Shown here: positions 24,551 to 30,587 of the stretch, piece after piece
How the letters are laid out: every line of letters begins with the position of its first letter
Position numbering within the stretch: position 1 is the stretch's first letter
Virus record (IMG/VR): IMGVR_UViG_3300020358_000015
Coordinates: 1 to 30,587 of that record
Strand: one strand, 5' to 3'
Length of the DNA: 30,587 nucleotides
From: a virus
Lineage: Duplodnaviria > Caudoviricetes
The notes under the pieces: generated by a model
Databases searched by the model: none
Seen by the model: only the letters and a program-made list of their open reading frames with translations
Told to the model about the DNA's origin: nothing
Translations under genes and position numbers: made by a program

Positions 24551-26986
24551 TTACCTAGGTTCAAACTCCGCAAGATCAAATCCATCTAAGCTATCTTCAT
24601 TAGATTCAAAGGTAACTGGAGGTAGATTATTTTTTCTTTGCTCTATTAATTTTGATTGTTCGGTATTAGATTGAGATATTCTTTTAGATTTAGCATCTTC
24701 TCTCTGAAGTTCTCTTGTTTTTAATCCTTCAACTTCAACTCCTTTTAATTTCATTTGAAGTTGAAATTCTAAATTCATTAATTCGGCTTTTATTGCTGCC
24801 TCACCTTGCATTTTTTTAACAGAAAAATTAGCTTTAGCTTCTTCTATTTGCATAGTAGCTTGAGTCTCCATCTGTAACTTTTGCATTGAAGTTTGTGCAG
24901 CCATTTGTTGAGACTGCATATTTATTTGTCCTTGCTGTTGAGCTGCAGCAGCCTTGTTTTGACGATCTAAATCTTCTTTACCTTTTCTTTTAAGTTTTAA
25001 AACTTGATTAGCTAATTTAATATTTCTTATTTCTCTAATGTCAATCGCATCTTCTAAATTTATTGAATCACGCTGAAGTGCCATTTGAATATTTTGCTCC
25101 AACATTTTTTTCTCTTCTTCATCCGGTTGTATTTCTATAAATATACCGAAATCACTTAGATATAATTTACTTATTTCATCTAGTATACCAACATTAAATT
25201 TTCCAATTTGATTTATAAATTCTTCTCTAAAATCAGAATACTCTAACATATCTGCAACTCTACTAGATAAAGACGTACATAACCTTTGACTAATATTTAA
25301 TCCTGCATCTAATATGTGTCTAGTTGCAGTATTACTACTTAATGCAGCTAATTTTTGTAAGCCTACTAAAGAATAAGAATCTGGAGTTGAACCATCTCTT
25401 GCTTCATTTAAACCAGTCACGTCTCTAATCATTGATAAGTAATGATTATAAGCTCCTATTAAACTTTGCATTTTACCTTGACCAGAATTACTGTTTAATT
25501 GCTGAATAGGCACTTTTGCTTGATTATAATCTCCATCTTGAGTATAGCTCCTCCCGATAACAGAACCTGTCTGAAAGAACATCCTAAGAGCGTCTTCAGG
25601 GTTATAAGCTTGGCCTGTTCCAAGGTCTACTTCATTTAGACCATCAGCATCAATAAATACACCATCTGGAACTATTCTAGAAATAACTTGCTGTAGTTTT
25701 AAATGAGTTATTTGAATTAAATCAGCAAACGTAATCATACGCCTTACTAATGATTCTAAAATTCCTTTATACATTCTAGGAGCGCAAGCTACATATTCAG
25801 GATATACTTCCTGTGATGCGGACTGTGGTCTAGCCATGTTTTCAGACATTTCCCATTTAAGAAGTATATTAGTACCCATAACCATAACACCTTCATACCA
25901 TATATCAATAGTTTTTGAAACTTTTTCAAAACTACCTTCTTCCATCATTTCTTCAGTAGGGTTAAATGTGTCATCTTTTTCGATTAATCTTTCTGCACCT
26001 GATACGTTTTTTTTCTTTTTATACGTAAACGTATTTGTTGTTTTATAATTGAAAAACAAAACAGTTGCACTATCTATACTAAATAAACTATTGTTGTAAT
26101 ATTGAGCACTATTATTATAATCATACCAACTTTGACTGTACTTGGAAATTTCATCCATGTCAGCTCTTGTTAAACTTGTGTCTATTTTTTTTAATTCAGT
26201 TATAGGAAGTGTTTTAATTTCACCCCAATAAAAACAATCATCAAAATAAGGGTTTTCAGTATAACTATATACAACATTTGCAGGATCTACATATTCAATT
26301 TTAATACCTGCACCTGGTTGAAAAGTGTTTTTACAAATTGAAATACCTAATACAGTTTGGTCATAATAAATTTGTTTTTGTATTTCACTATATCTATTTT
26401 CTGCTAGCACAGTATTTATTGCTTCCTCTTCTGCAATTTCAATTGAAGGCTTGTATTTTAATTGCATATGAAGAGCTAACTCTTCTGATGTGTTTGGTAT
26501 TTCTTCTTCAGATGTTGCAAAAGTATTTATACCAAACTCATCTTGAACTTGTTTCATTATGTCTTTAGAAAGCATATCTTTTTCAAGCTGAACTTGATAT
26601 TTACTTCTTTTGTCTAAAGACATTCCATCTTGAGCATAAGCATTTACCTTAAATATACGATCAGCCATTCCATTAACTACAATGTCAACAAATTTTGGAA
26701 TAACAGGAATAGGAGTCCAATCTAAATTCAAATAACTTAAATCACCATCTATAGATAATTCGTTTTTGTATTTTGCAACCGACTGCTCTCCTCTTGCATA
26801 AAGTCTTAATCTATGAAAATCAGCCCATTGATTATAAAACCTACTTTGGCCACCATCTTTTCTAAACCATTCGTATTGAATAGCCTGTCCTATTTGTAAT
26901 CCAAATTCAAAAGATTTTTTTTCTGCATCAGAAACAAATTGATTTGGAAAAGCTGTTGGGTTGATATTAATTTCTACTTCTTTCAT
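24551..26986 (-). CDS. portal protein (811 aa)
   Basis: Directly after TerL; PVIPKFVDIVVNG and IRDVTGLNEARDG motifs; Gln-rich coiled-coil C-terminus. Confidence 0.85.
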   Translation of the reverse strand: MKEVEININPTAFPNQFVSDAEKKSFEFGLQIGQAIQYEWFRKDGGQSRFYNQWADFHRLRLYARGEQSVAKYKNELSIDGDLSYLNLDWTPIPVIPKFVDIVVNGMADRIFKVNAYAQDGMSLDKRSKYQVQLEKDMLSKDIMKQVQDEFGINTFATSEEEIPNTSEELALHMQLKYKPSIEIAEEEAINTVLAENRYSEIQKQIYYDQTVLGISICKNTFQPGAGIKIEYVDPANVVYSYTENPYFDDCFYWGEIKTLPITELKKIDTSLTRADMDEISKYSQSWYDYNNSAQYYNNSLFSIDSATVLFFNYKTTNTFTYKKKKNVSGAERLIEKDDTFNPTEEMMEEGSFEKVSKTIDIWYEGVMVMGTNILLKWEMSENMARPQSASQEVYPEYVACAPRMYKGILESLVRRMITFADLIQITHLKLQQVISRIVPDGVFIDADGLNEVDLGTGQAYNPEDALRMFFQTGSVIGRSYTQDGDYNQAKVPIQQLNSNSGQGKMQSLIGAYNHYLSMIRDVTGLNEARDGSTPDSYSLVGLQKLAALSSNTATRHILDAGLNISQRLCTSLSSRVADMLEYSDFREEFINQIGKFNVGILDEISKLYLSDFGIFIEIQPDEEEKKMLEQNIQMALQRDSINLEDAIDIREIRNIKLANQVLKLKRKGKEDLDRQNKAAAAQQQGQINMQSQQMAAQTSMQKLQMETQATMQIEEAKANFSVKKMQGEAAIKAELMNLEFQLQMKLKGVEVEGLKTRELQREDAKSKRISQSNTEQSKLIEQRKNNLPPVTFESNEDSLDGFDLAEFEPR

Positions 26987-29233
26987 TTACTTTATGATTT
27001 GACTATAATTGCCTTTATTGTCGTATTTAGCAAAGTTAAGTTTTATTTTTGATTTTTTTTTAACAGGTTGATATAGGCTTTTTTGATTTGCCATAATTGC
27101 TAATCCTGAACTAATAGAAGCATCAAATTTAGTTCTATTGTTTATATTAAATCTAGCCCAATCTTCAAGAGTTCTTGTAAAATACATTGAACCCATAATA
27201 TCATTATCTCTAAAAGTCTCTAATAAATCTAATCCAACGTATTTTTCAATGTAAGATTCTATTGCAGCAGCATGAGCTTGCTTTATATCTTCTGAACTAT
27301 TTGGTATTCCACCAAGTTCTTTTTCTGTTTTTGAAAGTTTATTATAGATTTTATCCGGTCTATTAATACTATAACCTCTATATCCTCTATTTTTAAAATG
27401 ATATAATAACCTTGGTTTGTTATTCTCTATAAGTATTGGCATTCCATAAAAAACACAAGCCATTAATACTTCTTCAAAAAATATTTCTGCAGTCTGTGGT
27501 CTAGCAACATACTCTAAAAAAAACTCATTAGAAGGCCCCTCATCCATATGAAATTTAGTCATTCCATGTAAAGCGCCATTAGAAGCACCTCCACCAACTG
27601 TTCCTGAAATATCATAACTGTCACAACCAAACGCACCCATGTGTTGATTTCCGGGATGAAATACTCCATTTTTTGTGTGCTTATTATTTTGTAAAAGTTT
27701 ATTTGGAGTCCAAGACACTACAAACCTACCTCTATTATTAGGAGTCCAAATTACTTGAGTATCTTTTATTCCATCTTTCCATGAAAATGAACCTCTAGTT
27801 ATAAACCTGTCTTTTATTAAAGAATCATTGTAATCAATTTGCTGATATATTTTAGTAAGATTAAACAAAGACTCTTTGCTTTCATCTCTAAACGCATGAG
27901 ATTCTGTTCTAGGAAACTGTCTGTAAAATTCATTTAATGCGTCAGGATCACTTTTTAAACTATCAACTTCAGCTTCCCAATAGTCAATAGCACCTTGCTT
28001 TATAAATTCCCCATCAATTCCTAGAATTGGTTCGTCAGGTGTGTAAAAAACAGGCATTCCATGTATATCAATAAAACCTTCCATATTGTATTCCATAGGA
28101 ATAAATAAACTATACAAACCACTTTTAGTTTGACCGTTACGATTTCTTTTATCTACTTTAGAATCAAAATATAATTTTTTACCATTTCCACCACCTTTTT
28201 CTAATGCATTGGCAGTAGAACCCATCATACACTTTCCAATAACCTTACTACCTAAACGTAAACAAGTTTTAGTAACTCTCCAGTTGTTTAATATGTTATT
28301 TGGCTTTTCCCATTTTTTAGATTCATCATGAATGAGTAATTTTAACTTTTCCCCATCATAACTATTGTCTCCTGTATTTTTCCAGTCAATAGAAGTATCT
28401 AATCCCTCAACAATATCCTCATCTTCTAAATACATATTCTTTTTAGTAATTTTAGACGCAGGAACTCTAAAAGCTAATTCTGTTTTAGGTTTATCCATTC
28501 CATCTTGCACCGGTTTAAAAAAGAAAGGATAATTATTCACTATTGGAACAACCTTATCTGTGAACATTTTTTTAGCATCTGCTCCTGTTTTAGAAAGTAT
28601 TCCAAGCCTTGCGTCTTTACTAATTGTACCTATATTAGCCGACTCTTCACTAGCCATATAAGAAAATCCAGAACGCCTAATCTTTAAGTAATCTTGACCA
28701 AAACTTCTTTTGTCTGCTTTGCAAGCTTCCCAATGTAAATAAAAAACTCTATTAGCATCTCTGTAATCAGGAAGACCTATATCTATTTTAGTCCATTGTA
28801 TGTACATATAATGTGAACCTGTAATATAAGTCTCAACACCATTATTTAAAAACCAAAAACCTTCGTCTCTTCTATCAAATTCTTGCTCAATATAATCTAC
28901 CCATTCATTTTTAAATGCTGATGGTGCGTCATGCCATTGGAATATAGATTTTATTTTTTGTAGTGTTTTAGGATAATCAAAAGCCTCCCAATATTGTTCA
29001 GATTTTGTTTTACTTCGGGAATAAATTTTACTTGTAGGCTTAGGAAGTGCTATTCTCAAGCCATCTATTTCAATTATATCTTGAATTTGGCCTGATTTTG
29101 AAATTACTATAAAATCATACTTTTCATTATAACCGTATTCCCAAGCTTTTGCTTTGTTTTTACTGATTATAATTGTTTTTGGAATAAAATCTTTTAAATG
29201 CTTTATTAAGCTATTTTGATCTTCGTTCTGCAA
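26987..29233 (-). CDS. terL: terminase large subunit (748 aa)
   Basis: Walker A-like KIRRSGFS, Walker B LLIHDE, coupling motif MGST, nuclease motifs FGCDSYD and KFDASISSGLA. Confidence 0.9.
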   Translation of the reverse strand: MQNEDQNSLIKHLKDFIPKTIIISKNKAKAWEYGYNEKYDFIVISKSGQIQDIIEIDGLRIALPKPTSKIYSRSKTKSEQYWEAFDYPKTLQKIKSIFQWHDAPSAFKNEWVDYIEQEFDRRDEGFWFLNNGVETYITGSHYMYIQWTKIDIGLPDYRDANRVFYLHWEACKADKRSFGQDYLKIRRSGFSYMASEESANIGTISKDARLGILSKTGADAKKMFTDKVVPIVNNYPFFFKPVQDGMDKPKTELAFRVPASKITKKNMYLEDEDIVEGLDTSIDWKNTGDNSYDGEKLKLLIHDESKKWEKPNNILNNWRVTKTCLRLGSKVIGKCMMGSTANALEKGGGNGKKLYFDSKVDKRNRNGQTKSGLYSLFIPMEYNMEGFIDIHGMPVFYTPDEPILGIDGEFIKQGAIDYWEAEVDSLKSDPDALNEFYRQFPRTESHAFRDESKESLFNLTKIYQQIDYNDSLIKDRFITRGSFSWKDGIKDTQVIWTPNNRGRFVVSWTPNKLLQNNKHTKNGVFHPGNQHMGAFGCDSYDISGTVGGGASNGALHGMTKFHMDEGPSNEFFLEYVARPQTAEIFFEEVLMACVFYGMPILIENNKPRLLYHFKNRGYRGYSINRPDKIYNKLSKTEKELGGIPNSSEDIKQAHAAAIESYIEKYVGLDLLETFRDNDIMGSMYFTRTLEDWARFNINNRTKFDASISSGLAIMANQKSLYQPVKKKSKIKLNFAKYDNKGNYSQIIK
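27031..27038 (-). promoter_or_regulatory. Bacteroidota -7 element TAACTTTG(C) inside the terL 3' end, upstream of portal
   Basis: Exact TAnnTTTG 44 nt before the portal ATG, overlapping codons L-N-F-A. Confidence 0.5.
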
Positions 29234-29489
29234 ATCCTTGTGCTGGTTTTTTTGTTTTTGTTGAATCGTTTCCTTCTATTAAATTTTTTTCTAATTCTAT
29301 TCTTGTAAGAATATCAAATGCATCCATAATACAAAGTTTTTTTGTAGCTGCAGCATTTTTTAATTTATCTGCAGCAAGCTCATCATCTTTACCAAATTTT
29401 ATAATTTCTTCTTCAGCTACTTTTATTAATTGTTTAACAGCTTTTTCACCTGCCTTAATGATGTCTAATTTTATTTTATTTACATTCAT
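29211..29489 (-). CDS. putative terminase small subunit (92 aa)
   Basis: Small helical protein overlapping the terL start; called by position. Confidence 0.5.
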   Translation of the reverse strand: MNVNKIKLDIIKAGEKAVKQLIKVAEEEIIKFGKDDELAADKLKNAAATKKLCIMDAFDILTRIELEKNLIEGNDSTKTKKPAQGFAERRSK

Positions 29490-30049
29490 AAAGATAAAGT
29501 TATTTGATGGTCAAACATCCTGTATAATTTTTCCCCATCAACATTAAACTCATACTCACTTTCAGGTTTAAAAGAAACTTTGTCACCTTTATTAATACCT
29601 TTACTAATTAAGTATTTATTAGGATATTTAACTAAGCCAAATAACGGTTCATTATTCTCATGTGTTTTTAAGTAGTGGTCTTTTTTAGGAATAGGTTTAA
29701 TCATACAGTATTTAGAATGTGCATTCCATATATTGTTGTGTTTATATAAAAAAAACTGATTATTATCTATAAAAAATAAATCATCTTTAAAAAAACTTTT
29801 ACCACTTCTTTCTTTTCCTTTCATATCATTATAATATTTAAAAACATTATGATGAACTAAAAGCATGTCTCCTATTTCTATAGGACCAGAATAGTTTATT
29901 GGGGTTTCTACTACTATTGCATATCGGTTAGATGCGATATGGTCTTCCTTTGATGTACTGGTAATAAAATCTATATTACCTATTTTTTTAGTGTTATCGT
30001 ATCTCCTGTTGTCTTTAGGTTTTACTATAAAATAAAAAGGTGACTTCAT
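29486..30049 (-). CDS. GroES-like co-chaperonin, apparently two tandem domains (187 aa)
   Basis: FIVKP...AIVVETP...IEIGDMLLV and CMIKP...GLVKY...INKGDKVSF...EFNVDGEKLY each resemble the Cpn10 pattern. Confidence 0.6.
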   Translation of the reverse strand: MKSPFYFIVKPKDNRRYDNTKKIGNIDFITSTSKEDHIASNRYAIVVETPINYSGPIEIGDMLLVHHNVFKYYNDMKGKERSGKSFFKDDLFFIDNNQFFLYKHNNIWNAHSKYCMIKPIPKKDHYLKTHENNEPLFGLVKYPNKYLISKGINKGDKVSFKPESEYEFNVDGEKLYRMFDHQITLSL

Positions 30050-30279
30050 TCAAAATATATATTATATTCAATTGAAACAGGCATAGAAAAATTAAATTCT
30101 TTCCAAAGAAATATTTCTCCTTTTTTGTTTTCAATAAAAATAGTTAGTGATTGATTTGATTCATTTTTTCTAATTAAATGAATCATATGTGTACCACCAA
30201 GTATTTCTTGACCAACAACGTAATGCATAGCCCCTGATTTATAATCAGGACCTACCGCTATCTTGCGAATATCATTCAT
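30046..30279 (-). CDS. hypothetical protein (77 aa)
   Basis: ATGA-coupled to the GroES-like gene; strong (TAAAT)n start region. Confidence 0.8.
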   Translation of the reverse strand: MNDIRKIAVGPDYKSGAMHYVVGQEILGGTHMIHLIRKNESNQSLTIFIENKKGEIFLWKEFNFSMPVSIEYNIYFE

Positions 30280-30311
30280 TTAATTTAATTTAATATAATA
30301 TAATTATTTAA

Positions 30312-30587
30312 TTAAAAGGTTACTATAGCTACTCTTTTCCATGTGTTTGTTGCTACACATACATAAATGTAATCCGCTGTAAATCTTATTGACCCTAAAG
30401 TACCTGCAGATGTAGCAGATGCTGGGGCTGTATTTAGAGCTGGTACATTTAATGACTCAGAGGTTAGGCTACCCGCTATAGTTGTAGTACCATTGAATAA
30501 AACTTTAAATGCATCTGACCTTGATCCTTCAGACGTACCGTTACCTACAGAGAAAGCTGTATTAGTTGCATCGTAACTAGTTGGGTT
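30312..30587 (-). CDS. tail fibre / adhesin-like protein, C-terminal fragment (runs off the window edge)
   Basis: Hand translation: ...AFSVGNGTSEGSRSDAFKVLFNG...SATSAGTLGSIRFTADYIYVCVATNTWKRVAIVTF*; both motifs resemble phage fibre / trimeric adhesin segments. Confidence 0.7.
   Translation of the reverse strand, partial: NPTSYDATNTAFSVGNGTSEGSRSDAFKVLFNGTTTIAGSLTSESLNVPALNTAPASATSAGTLGSIRFTADYIYVCVATNTWKRVAIVTF

Noticed and set aside
26984-26989. In-frame TAA-ATG junction suggesting terminase-portal readthrough
   Set aside because: TAA is a strong stop; adjacency is explained by translational coupling
27053-27061. A9 run near the terL end (and the A8 run in portal near 26007) as frameshift sites
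   Set aside because: The -1 frames close after about 5 and about 12 codons, with no sign of codon constraint
1-30587. Stop-codon reassignment as in some crAss-like phages
   Set aside because: Genes are intact under the standard code, and TAA, TAG and TGA all terminate tightly packed genes

Overview
An AT-rich stretch of a tailed dsDNA phage genome, most likely a podovirus-type phage of Bacteroidota (Flavobacteriia). The host inference rests on TAnnTTTG promoter elements and A-rich, Shine-Dalgarno-less start regions. Bases 1-2733 (+) are the end of a small-gene cluster: a VRR-NUC nuclease, a DnaA-C-like HTH protein, a calcineurin-like metallophosphoesterase and hypotheticals. Bases 2865-30587 (-) are a convergent morphogenesis module. 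In transcription order it encodes a fibre C-terminus, a hypothetical, a GroES-like protein, TerS, TerL, portal, scaffold, major capsid, a capsid-adjacent protein, two ring/adaptor proteins, an apparently split tail muzzle interrupted by a Cys-rich repeat gene, a GNAT-like protein, and three internal virion/ejection proteins (323, 653 and 2423 aa). The most notable feature is that the 2423-aa gene appears to be multiply coded. (i) An A10 slippery run at codons 63-66 leads into a start-less -1 frame, kept open by unusual synonymous codons, which would give a ~101-aa product with an Arg/aromatic tail. (ii) A nested +1-frame gene (MPFKSQAQR..., 68 aa) with its own A-rich start region sits in a GC-elevated linker. 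All product calls come from motif recognition and gene order only; no searches were run.
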